From assembly GCA_016748015.1 (NCBI GenBank), contig JAAOMT010000727.1, positions 96,203-160,202 of the forward strand: 64,000 bases of DNA, given 5' to 3'. How positions within the stretch are numbered: the first letter of the stretch is position 1; each line of letters starts with the position of its first letter. The position numbers and the translations under genes were made by a program. Source of the stretch: Geosiphon pyriformis uo1. Lineage: Eukaryota; Fungi; Glomeromycota. The notes below the pieces were generated by a model. That model did no database searches and was not told where the DNA came from. It saw only the letters and a list, made by a program, of their open reading frames with translations. Positions 14,318 through 26,400 of the stretch are shown piece by piece.

Positions 14318-14572
14318 TTGTAAAGACTTTATATTATAAACTGTTAATAGTTATTAAAAAAAACTTTATAATAAACATTATTATAGTATTTTTTGTGTGC
14401 ATTATAATAAAATTAAATTTTTTAATTATAGTTTTGTTTGTTAAAAAAACCAAGTAGTATAATATAGTCTTTTAATTATATATTCAAATTTTATGATACT
14501 TTTTGTCCAATACTAATTTGTTTTCTCTTATTATTTTTTAAGACTTAATTTTAAGTAAAAAAAAGCACTTTT
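14318..14572 (+). pseudogene. Old LINE ORF2, fragment 2 (VKxLxYxL...LYNKHY zinc-finger region)
   Basis: Continues the reading of 5517-7554 across the TSD of LINE-1. Confidence 0.65.
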
Positions 14573-17500
14573 CTAAAAAAGAAGTTTTTTTTATTATTTT
14601 TTTCTTGCTAGTTTATTTTAATCATTTCTCTACCTAATAACTCTTTTATTATGAACTTGAAGACTGCTTTTAATAGTAGCATAACAAAAATAAAAATGCC
14701 TAAAAGTGCTTTTCATGACTCTGCTAGTGGTTTTTTTTCTTAAAAGAAAAAAATGGTTGTGGATAATATAAAGCATTTAGGCAATGAGAAAAACATATCT
14801 TTGATTAAATTGGGTTTTGGTTGCATGTATTCAGATTTGGATAGTAAATCTAGTAGTGGTGAGAACAATTTTATTATAAAAAGTCTTGACAGTGGATCTT
14901 TTTTGGGCTCAGTAGCTAATACTTTTAAAGCAAAAAAAGTAAATACTAGTGTAATTTTTGGCTCTCCCCTTGGCTCTCTTAACTATAACATGAAAGAAAA
15001 GATAGAACTCCTTTTACCACTTTTTAATATATTCTTAAATAGAAGGTAGATTGATTCTAAAGTTGTGAAAACCTCCATAAAAGTGGCTGTTAAAAAATTT
15101 TTTGCTTTAGGCATCAATTTTTTGGCAATAGAAAACAAATCTGCTATAATGAAAACTTGGTTAATTAGAAAAAAATTTTCATTAGTTAATAGTTTTAGAG
15201 GGGCCACTACTCCCTCAAAATTTGAAAAAATTATTAAATCTACTTTCACTTTGGAAATCAGCATAAAGAAGGCCACTTCATTGGCCAAAGAAAATGGGAT
15301 CATTGTAAATATTGATGTTAAGAAACAAGAAATTTTTTCAAATTGGGTTGTGGTCATTAAAAAAATTTCTATAAACATGCCAAAAAAAATAATCATCATT
15401 GTAGTGGCCAAATTTGGTGAAATTAAGTTGATCAAGATTTAGTTAATTGAAATATGGCAAAAAACTGTGATAGAATTCGTCAAATCAGATCAGACTGAAC
15501 ATTTGACATCTAAATAGTCTTTTTTTATTGGAAAGATTTAGTACATGTGACTATGGCTGTGGGAAATCATAAAACTTGGGCATTAAAAGATAAATTTAGA
15601 GCACTGCTGTTTATCTTGTCAGTGGGAATAATTGCTTATGATTTGGGCACTTTTTTAGAAAGAGCTGGTGAGAAAACTTGTGTTATAAATTGATTATTGG
15701 ATACTGGTAATAGAATTTGCTGTGCTGTGGTTAGCTTTGAGTCTAAGAATACAATAGAATTTGCATATTGCATTGAGCCAATATTTGGTGGTGTTAAACT
15801 CTTTTGGGCAAGATTAAATCTGGTTTGGTGTGATAAATGTAAGAGGTTAAGTCATTCTGTTTTAGAGTATAATACAATGAATGTGACTACCTTTTTGGCT
15901 CCAAAATTATTTAAAAAGTCTATTTTTAAGGTAAATCATCTTTGTTTGACCAAAGTTACACTAAAAAGAGTGTTCTTATTTCTCACCCTACTGCTTTTGG
16001 TAGAAAATTTTGGGCCCAAGTGGTTTTACTTGTTGTCTTTTCTGAAAATAGTTTCTATTTGAATTCTGGTTCTGGTTTTTATCTATTTGGGTTTTCAAGT
16101 ATCAAGGAATGCCTATTGGTTGTTTAGAATAATTCTTCTGTTGTTGACCAGTTAGCTTTCTTGGAATAATCTTCAGAACTCTTGGCTGACCAAGTGTTAA
16201 ATATAATATGTAGGTTAAATAATGTAAAACTGGTGTCTTTGGTGCCTGTTTTCAATTTTGCAGCTCTAATTATTCCTGTTCCAACATTATCTGTATCAGA
16301 TTTAGATATGGCTTTGAATAATGCACTAATGGTCTCTACTCTTTCTTTTTCAGTTGTTAACAATATTACTTCTAATTTTGGTTTAAGTAGTTCAAAGATT
16401 TTTACCACCAAAATGGGTGGTCTAAAATCAAAAATAGTTGCTCTGGAGGTGTTGGTTAACTCAATTTTGGAGAAGTTAGATTGTCTGTGCTCTGGTTTGT
16501 GTCTCTTAGCTCTCTTTTTATCTTAATAACAAATTTAGTTTGGAAGTTTGCTATGTGTAATGTTTGGAGCATCAATGTTTCTGTAAAACAGGATGACATT
16601 GTTCATTAATATAAAGATTTGGGTAACTTGGTCTCTATAGTTACTAAGACAAAATTGCAGTCTAACATTAAGCTATGGATTATGAATAAGTTTGATGGGA
16701 TTTGGATTTTTACTTCTGGACTGGATGTGAGCTTTTTTGGTGTTGAAGTTGCTATTATTATAAACAATTCTTTGGTCTATTACATGTTTAATGTAAAAAA
16801 AGTTTTTGGTCAGCTAATTTTTGTACATCTTTTGTTTAAAGACAAACTCTCAGTTACAATCTTGGGATTGTATGCTGGTGCTTCTGTTGGTGCACATTTT
16901 GACCAAGCTTTTAATATTAATTCTTTGATCTCTAAAACAGTCAATTTAAGTTTTTTTACAGTTTTGGGTGGTAACTTCAATGAAAATAGAGCCAAGAGGA
17001 GTGCAAGTTTCAAGTTCTGTGTGGATTTGAGCTTAGTTAACACTTTTAATAAACATTTGTTGACCAAAACTTTTACTTAGAGCAATTTTAGGAGTGTAAA
17101 AAGAGTGATAGATTTTATTTTTGTGAGTAAAAACTTGGTATTTGCTGTCATATTACACAAAGTCAATAATGTATCAGAATTTTTGATACAGATCATAAGT
17201 TAGTTTCAATTTTAATTGGTTTGGATGGACTTTTGGATGCTTGTTTTATTAGTATTTGTAAGCAGACCAACTGTGACTGGTGGAAGTTTAAGTTAAAAAA
17301 TGCTGATGAGGCTCAATAATTGCATTTTAAAAAGTGTTTTTCTGCTGAGTTGTTGGTTAAATCTACCATATTTGAGAATGTGAAAGACCTTGGTGACTTA
17401 GATACATTGTGGAAAGTACTAGAAGAGACTATAGTACAAGCTGCTACTAAGGTGTTTTCAAAGAGTTGGTATAGTGAATATAATTGTTTAAGGAACAAAC

Positions 17501-18137
17501 AATTTTCAAAATTTTTCAAATTAGAGCTGCTTGTTGCTAAGATTGTAAAATATTGGAATTTTAGAGATCTTTTGAATTTTGACTGTTTAGTTAAAATTTG
17601 GTCAGCCATTGATGCAGTAGAGACTTCTAAGACTACTAACATAGTTCTGAATGGTGTGAGTTCAGTAGAATTGCTTAAGCATTTGTTAGTAGTAAGAAGA
17701 GGGTATTGGAAGTCTAAGTATTATAAGTCAAAAATTGCTAAAGATATAGCTATTAGAAAGATGATTAACTATCATATGGAAAATTTTTGTTCTAACAAAA
17801 AGCAGATGATCAAAAGCATTTTGGAATGCCTATTTTGCAAGATTATTTTAAATCACTTGATAGTAGATAATACAATAGTAGTTGAGTCTGATGAGATAAA
17901 ACTTAAAATTGATAAGAACATGGAAGAATAGATGAGAAAATGGTCAATGCTTCCAAGAATGTCTGATCTTTGGTCTTGTCAATATATGCCTTTGAATTAC
18001 ATGGATAATGATGCTTTTTCTGATATAATAAAGATAATTGACATGAGAGAATTGTTATCAGTTGTTAATAGTTTGCCAAATGACAAAGCTATCAGATTGT
18101 TAGAGATACTTAATAAACTTTGAAAACACTGTAGTGG

Positions 18138-18923
18138 TGTTATGAAAGATTTTTCTTAGTATATTTTAATTGTTAATATCCCATTTTAATTGCAATCAGT
18201 CTCTCATGAGTTCCTCAATTTTATGTATTGGATATTAATGATAATATACTAAAGATTTTTTCTTGATGTTGTAATATAAATCTTCTCTTTAATTCTAGTT
18301 GTTTTTATATGTTGTATACTCCTTTATAGAGGCTAATCTGAAATCTACCCATTGTCTGAGGTCTTTTCTAAGACTATCTTTACAACTGCCTAATGTGTTT
18401 CTCTAATCTAAAAACACGAAATGTTAATGGTCTTTTCACAATTTTTTTATGTATATAATAAAGTTTTTTAATTTAATTAATAACTACATAAATAATCTTG
18501 ATTAGGGATTATTCTTCCAAAGGATTCAAAAATAGAATGATAGTTTCATTTACTAGAAAAAATATGTGAATTTATTGTTAATCTTGTAATTATAATGTTA
18601 ATTCTATTTATTATTTTTATTAATTTTTTTTAAATAAGATTTTATTTAGATATTGTTGCTTTGAGTTAAAGCTGTTTTTAGTTGAAGCTGTTGTTTTCTT
18701 CATTATTAAACTTATTGTATATATATTGTTTTACAAAATAACATTTTGTAATACTTTATTTCTATTATTTCTAAATAGTGCTTGCTACTATTGTGAAATA
18801 ATACTTGTTGCTATTGCATAGTAGTGCTTGCTGTTATTTGTAAATTTTTTTTTTATAAATTGTTGCTGTGCTATTTCATGATTGGCTAATTTATAATTTC
18901 TATTAAATTCTTGACCTGTAACA
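18138..18923 (-). repeat. Solo LTR (786 bp) inside LINE-2 ORF2
   Basis: TGTTA...TAACA termini. Removing it restores the LWKHC...LxCLL reading. 4-bp TSD GTGG/GTAG. Orientation inferred from the TATA-like box and U3 repeats. Confidence 0.85.
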
Positions 18924-21102
18924 GTAGAGAAATGTTGGTTTGTCTTTTGACACTGTTAAATGCATGTTTGGCTTCAGGTGCAATTCCAACTTCCTAAAAA
19001 AAAGCATGAGTTTCAATGATTCCAAAACCTTATAAATAAAATGATGTATTAGTAAACACTAAACTTATTGCATTAATTGAAACTGCTCAAAAGATTTTGT
19101 CCAAGATTTTTTCTGATCAAATTTCTTTGGCTTGTAGCAAATTTAACATTCTTCATGGTAATAATTTTTTAGTGTTGAAGGGTACTTCAACTCAGTTTCT
19201 TATTTTTGCCATTGGGTCAGTTGTTGAAGATGTTTTAGAGAAGAATAAAGAGCTTTGGCTAGTATTATAGGATATGCACAAAGCTTATGATTTAATAGGC
19301 TGGCATTATTTAAAAGCTAGCTTGCTTTGCATCAAAATATGTAGTCAATTTATCAGGTTTTTTGGTAATGTTCATAAGAATAAGATTAATAGGATTATAA
19401 CAGATTTTGGACTTTTAAATGGTTATAGAGTACATGATAGTTTGGATTAAGATGAGATCTTCTCTTCACTTTTTTGGAAGATCTTTTATGATCCACTTTT
19501 GTGTGAGGTAAAGAAACATAAACACTTGTACAAATACAAAATTGATATTAAATTTATGGCAAAATCTGGCAGAGTTGAAGCAGTTGGAAAGAAAACTTTT
19601 TTTTTGGCAACTGGCTCTTTTGTTGATAATACAATATGGGTTGAAAATTGTCAAACTTCCACACAACATATTTTGAACATTGTTAATAAGTTTTTTGAAG
19701 TTAATAACATTTCAATTAATAACAATAAAACAATAGCTATTCTGATTAATCAAAGTATCAAGTTTGCTTCACTGTTTATTAATAGTCTGCCAATTTCAAT
19801 TGCAAAAAAGAAAAAAGCACATAGATATTTGGGCATTTTTTTGTCTATTAAAGGTCTTTTTAAGTCTAGTTTGGCTTAAGCTTATATAGATGTCAGGTTT
19901 TTTGCTAATGTAGTATTGAAAAAAGTTATCACAAACAAACAATTTTTTTACTTAGTTTCAGCTATTTTACAGCCAATTGTTAGCTATAGAATATAGTTTA
20001 GTTTTGTCTCTGTAGATGTGTGTTATAAGTAGGATATAATGATCAGAAAAAGTTTTAGAGCCAAAACTGGATTACTACATAACTTTTCCAGTAAGGTTTT
20101 GCATTATCTATTTTTGTATAATTAAAATCTTTTGAACAAGTACAGGCTGAAGGAAGCTGGCCATGCTAATTGCTTTTTTCAATACTTATAGTGTTATTAA
20201 ACGTTTGTTTGAACATAGATTTTTGGATTTGCAAGTTCTGGGATGGTCTTTTTTGAACTTATTATAGTATTTTGTTAGGTTGTGAGTTAGTCTAGTAAAT
20301 AATTTTTTGGCTGGTGTGGTAAAAATTTTTTTTGAAAATGAGTTTTCCTTAATAAACAATTTGCCTAATGCTTTTTGTAGATCTGACAGATTTCCAATAT
20401 TTAAAATCTTAAGACATTTTTTATATTATGATTTTGTTCTTTTTTTGAAATAATTTGGTGTTGTTTTTGGTAATAGGCTTTTGAACAAAAAAGAGAAAAT
20501 AATAAATTAGAAGACATTTTAGCAGTAGAAAAAGTTGAATCCAAAAAATTCTGTGCTTTACTGGTTTACTCTGGTGGCTGAGTTTATAAGCAAGTGAGTT
20601 TTTTTGAAGACTGAATCCATTAATATTTCTGAATTGCCAGTGCTAAATGTCTTGAAATCTGTGACATTTTCTGATGTCTATAATAGTCTAATAGAGATTT
20701 GATCTGATTATATTGAAGTTTACACAGATAAGTCCTTAAAAGGTGCTGGTTTTGCTAAAGTAATGAGTGGTGCAGCTGCTTATTTTTTAGTCATGAATAT
20801 GGGTATTGGGATTAGAATACTTGGGCTATTGTTTTCTACTTTGGCTGAATTGCAAATCATTGCTTTGGCCTTAAAATGCATTTCATTTTCTTGTGTTGTG
20901 GTTTTGTATTTGAACAGCCAATCTATAATTGATGCTTGTATGGCAGAAATTTCTTTAGCTGTGCTTGATTTTTGCAATTATTGCTGGATTAAAAGATTGC
21001 ATATAGCCAATCTTATTAAAAATAAAGATATTTTGGTTAAGTGGGTGAAAGTTAAAGGACATTCTGGAGTTCTGGGCAATATTAGGGCTGATAAATTGGT
21101 GG

Positions 21103-22024
21103 TGTTATTTGAAAAAAGAAAGCTTATTAAAAAAAAAAAATGTAACCTAAAGAAAAATGTAATGAAATATGAAAAGACACAGAATAACGTACAATAACAT
21201 TGAATAACGTATTATAACATAAGATAACATGTTATAATACAGGATAACACAGAATAATGCATTATAATATAGGATAATGTATTATAATGCAGGATAATAC
21301 AGAATAACATGTAATAATATCAGATAACATATTATAACATAGGATAATTAGTTATAACATAAGAAAACAAAGTAATAGTTAGCAAAAACAGACAATCTAA
21401 AGTAATCCTGTAAAACTAAAAAATATGTATATATAGCAGTAGCATTAAAAGCAAAAAAAACAGAATCCCCAAACAAAAATTCATTAGTTATTATTCCAAA
21501 TATCAATAAATATACTTATTTAACATCTCAAATCTAATTGCTCACTATTAACTCTAAAGATTGATAGTAATTGATACTTAAACCATACAAAAATAATAGC
21601 TCTTGATCATGACTATTAATGAAATACTGACTTGCATTGTTTTGGCTTAATTTTTTTTATTTTATCTTCTTTTATTTTTTTTGTATCTTGTTGGTGATTT
21701 ACTAAACTTCTTAAAGATTAAGTACTGAGTTATTGACATTAAGGATTGTCTGGTAAAAGACCTCTACAAGTGAATAGAACACATAAGAATTACAAATTGC
21801 TTATCAGAGGATTGCTGGCCACCAAGCTGAGAAAAAAATTGTCGAAATTGTGATTCTGGAAAGCTACAGATAAAATAACACAGAAATCTCTGTTCATTAT
21901 ACAAAGAATTCCAATCAAAACCTTCAGATTAAAATACCTTTAAACATTACAAATCAGTCAGCTAATAAGCACCAAGTTATGAGTTTGTTATTTGATTTGA
22001 AACTTCAAATAATCACCTGTAACA
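21103..22024 (+). repeat. Solo LTR (922 bp) of the Gypsy family, inside the LINE-2 RNase H
   Basis: TGTTATT...CACCTGTAACA; R/U5 homologous to 59630-60554; TSD GTGG/GTGA; LINE frame resumes after it. Confidence 0.9.
21180..21360 (+). repeat. 10-bp-period tandem array (NNNATAACAT-like) in LTR U3
   Basis: About 18 degenerate decamers, directly visible. Confidence 0.85.
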
Positions 22025-23059
22025 GTGAGTAAAGCTGCTTTTTCTTTACTTTTTTTACCAGTTAGTATTTGGGAACAATTTTAGTGGCTGAGAATACTGC
22101 TGTATCTGGTAACACTTGTCATTTTGTTCATGATTTTTACTGGTCAATTTGCTATGCTTGATGAGAGGCTGGTCCTGACTATAATGTTGTTCCAAATGTT
22201 ATGATTAAGGAGATAGATTGGAATACTACTGTGAAAGTTTGGCATTTCTACTTGTATATGCTTTCTGGATTTATTAGTAGGAGTTCAACTAGTATGTACA
22301 CTTATCTGATAAAAGCTGTACATAGGTAGTTGCCAGTGGCAGTTAGGAAAAGATTGTATAATAAAGATTATTTTGGGGTGCTGTGCTTACTGTGTGATGA
22401 GGTGGAGTTGTCTGATCATGCTTTTATTTGTTCTGGTAACATTGGATTCCATAAAGACATTTTGGATAAAGTGGCTAAGAATAGGTATTGTTAACAAGTT
22501 TTTCTTACTCATCAAGCATTTTGTGTTTACTTTTGATATGTTCTTCAGACATAAGACAATATTTTGCAATATATAAGAATTTTGTATTAAAGAATTGATT
22601 TGTTAAAGCTGCCCAGATCTTTAAAAGGAAGGGGAAGGCTGCTTTGACTCTTATTGATTACATTAAATTTGTGATTGAATTACACTATATCAAAGTGTGA
22701 TTTATTAGGTCCAAGTATAGAGTAGATATGGAAAAAGCTGGTTTGGTCAAGGACAATAATGTGGTTTCAGAATTGTTTTAACATTTGGTGTTTGTGCTAT
22801 TAGATGGGGTGGTTTGTATGCTTAATGTTTTAGAATCCTTTGCTGTTAATTTTAGTAGATGCAGATTGTGTTATTTTTTTTCTGGTTTAGATGGTGGCAT
22901 ATGTATTAACATAAATGTATAATGTAATCTTGTTTGGTTTAAGTGGCTGACCATATATAAAAAGTGTATAAACTATGTTTAGTATATTTCACTTAGTTTG
23001 GTTCTATGTATTAAATAGCAGTTAGACTTTACTTGTTAAATCGTGTATATAAAAAAAAA

Positions 23060-23496
23060 TTTTAAGTACTTTTAATATGAATTTGTATATAATTTTATTT
23101 AAAAGTTTTATGTTCAAATCATAAGTGGTTAAAGTCAGAATGGTTTTTAAATATACTAAACTGGCTTTTTTTAAAATAATAAATTTTATGTATAATATAG
23201 CTTCTGATTATAGAAAACAAATTTGGTTATTTATTTTAAAACTTAGAATAAAGTTAGAAAAATTCAGAATTTTGTCAAAAAAAGTTTTTAGCTCTGTTTA
23301 ATGTCAAAAAACTTTTTAATTATATTTTAAGTAAAATAATTTTTTTGTTTGGTATTAAGAAAAATTATGTAATTTATTTAAAAAATAATTTTATTATTTG
23401 TTTTATATTGTTATAAATAATATAGTAAATATTGTAATGTCTATATATTGTAGTCTAAATTGATTAAATAGCTAATTATATATAGTAAATATATTG
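23060..23496 (+). pseudogene. Old LINE, fragment 3 (ORF2 C-terminus and 3' UTR)
   Basis: Translates FKSFMFK...IINFM...QIWL...LEKF, matching the ORF2 C-terminus KGFVF...DFV...IWLV...MEK; followed by a decayed 3' UTR. Confidence 0.65.
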
Positions 23497-26400
23497 TTTT
23501 TTTTTATTAAAGCATTTTAACAAATGTAGTCCAATCACTATCTAGTACATAGAACCAAACTAAGTGGTTCAAACTAAATGCAATTTACACATTTTCTACA
23601 TGTGGCTAGCCATTTGGGCCAAACAAGGCAACACTACACATCTATATTAACATAGGAACTATTATCCAAACCAGAAAAAAAAAGACAAGGTCTATGATAG
23701 CCAAAGCTAACAGCAAAAGATTCTAGCATACTGAGAAACCTGACTATACTATCTGACAGTACAGAATCCACACAACAAGAAAGACCTAACAGCACACTAC
23801 TATCACCAACCAAACCAGTCTTCTCCATACGTGCCCTGAATTCAGATCTCAACAACCACACTTTGGAATAATGTGACTTGACCAACCTCTCAACCAAATC
23901 GACAACAAAATTGACAGCTCTTTTCTTCCTATCAAAAACCTCTATAGCTTCCTTGCACCATTCTCTCAGCACAAAACCTTTGTATATCACTGAATACAGG
24001 CCAACATTTGAATAACAAAGATCAAACACCCGAGAAACAGCAGACAAAGGCAAGCAATAAGCACCAACTGAAGAAGCCCAGAAAGCAGAAGCCTTAAACA
24101 GAACCATCTTCTGAATATCCACATCCTGGGCACAAGTAAAAGCATGATCCGGCAATTCCACCTTATCGCATAACAAACAAAGCACATCAGGATACTTTTT
24201 ATCATAAAGCCTTTTACAAACAGCAACAAGCAATCTGTGATGCACAGCTTTTATTATATATTTATGCAAAGCAGCTGACTTTCAACTAGTAAACTCTGCA
24301 AGCATGTGTAAATCAGAGTGCCACATTCTTGAGGTAGAGACCCAATCCATGTTATCTGCCAACACTCTTGAAATTATGCTGTGACCAGGACCTGCTTCCC
24401 AACAAGCTCTGCAAACAGACCTAAACACATCTCGAACAAAATAACAAGTATTGCCAAACACAGCCAAGCTCTTAGCCATCAGAAAATGTTTTTGCACTCC
24501 CACAGACAAAAAAACCAGAGAATCCGCTGCTTCACCAGCCAATGTATCAGTCTTGACATTACCAGCCACCCCAGAATGACCTTTGACCTTGATCCAATGC
24601 ACAGTGAGATTTTTAACCCAGACTAAATTGTAAATATGTCTCCTCTCCATCCAGCAACGATTATAGAAGTTGGGAGAGGCTAAGACCATCTCAGACACAC
24701 ATATATCAATAGCAGCTTGACTATCAAGATACACATCTACATCACAGAAGAACAGAACACACTCCAAAGCCAAGGCAACTACCTGTAATTCAGCCATTGT
24801 AGAAGAAAAAAGGCTCCAAACCTTAACCCCAATACTTATATCCAAAGCTGGAAAATATGCAGCAGCCCCACATATAACCCCAGCAGAACCAGTATTCTTT
24901 AAAAAACCATTAGTATAGACTTCAAAACCACCAGACCAAACTTCATACAAGCTATCCCAAATATCCATAAATTCCTTAAAATCTGAAATACACAAACCAG
25001 GCAAAGGTAACAAAGAACCCACCATGACAGATTCTAAAAACCTCTTATTATTCAAGAATCTAGAAGTAATCATGAACCAATGAGACACAGAACCCCTAGA
25101 ATCCAATCTTTTTCAGTGGTGAAAAGTTTTCCAGTCCATTATCCTCCCTTTTTTATCATACAGTTGGTCATCAAAGACAACTCCAAAACACTTTAAAGAA
25201 TGAACAGAATAAAAAAACACAGACTTTCCTAGGATCAAGGACATTAGAAAAACACCAGGATCACAAAAGGCACTGGGTAGCACACTTGACAGAGATAACT
25301 TATTGTCCAAAAAAATCCTAACCACACCAACCAAAAAATTGTTCATTGGGCTAACATGCAACCTCACAGGAAACTGCAAAGGGTCCAAAAGAACTCAACC
25401 CAAAACTTGTAAATCTAGAAATTGGTGATAAAACAGACAACCAAGAATTCCATGATCATTAGAGAATGAGATAACAGCAGCCAATTTACTCTCAGTCTGG
25501 ACTTGTTCAAATAACTTTAATCCATACAAAGAAGGATAATGCAAAGCTTTACTAGGGAAATTACATAGCAAATCCACTTTAGACTTGATGTTCTTCCTAA
25601 TCATAACATCCCATTTGTGACAAACATTCAATAAAACAAAACTGAACTGAATCCAGTAGACAACAATAGGCTGCAAGACAGCTGAGACCAAGTATAAGAA
25701 TTGTTTATCCGTAACAGCCTTTCTAAGCAAAACATTGGCAAAAAAACGAACATCAGAATGAGCTTTGGTGACACTAGACTTGGACAACCTCTTTGTGGAT
25801 AAAAATATACCCAAGTAATAATGTGCTTCACTTTTTTTGGCTATTGAAATCAGCTGTTCACATATACTCAATGAAGCTGTCATAACACCTTGATTGATGG
25901 GGATAGCTACTGTTTTTTCACTGTTGATAGAAATATTATTGATCACAAAAAATTTACTGGCCACATCCAAAGCATACTGAGTAAAAGTCTGACAATTCCC
26001 AATCCAAATAGTATTATCAACAAATGCACCAGCTGCAAAATAAAATGTTATCCCACCACCACTCTCAATTTGACCTGTTTTTAAAACAAATTTAGTATTG
26101 ATCCTGTACCCACACAATTGTTTATGTCATTTAATTTCACACAAGAGTGGATCATAAAAGATTCTCCACAAAAGGAGTGAGAAAACTTCACCTTGATCTA
26201 ACTTATCATGAACCCTGTAGCCATTTGACAGACCAAAATCAGTCATTACCCTGTTGAATTTATTTTCATGTATATTTCCAAAGAACTCAATAAATCTGCT
26301 ATACATTTTGATATGACATAAGCTAGCTTTCAGGTAGTGCCATTCAACAGAATTGTATGCTTTCCTTATGTCTTGCAAAACCAACCAAATTTCCCTATTT

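Larger units (their letters stand above)
14573..23059 (+). mobile_element. LINE-2: near full-length LINE carrying two solo-LTR insertions
   Basis: ORF1 ~14651-16529; ORF2 16526-22922 (GGNFN, FVDN, YLG, KVKGHSG); 3' UTR and poly(A). Probable TSD AAG(C/T)ACTTTT at 14563-14572 and 23064-23073. Confidence 0.9.

Noticed and set aside
21180-21360. Possible CRISPR or telomeric array
   Set aside because: Contiguous degenerate 10-mers with no spacers, inside a solo LTR.
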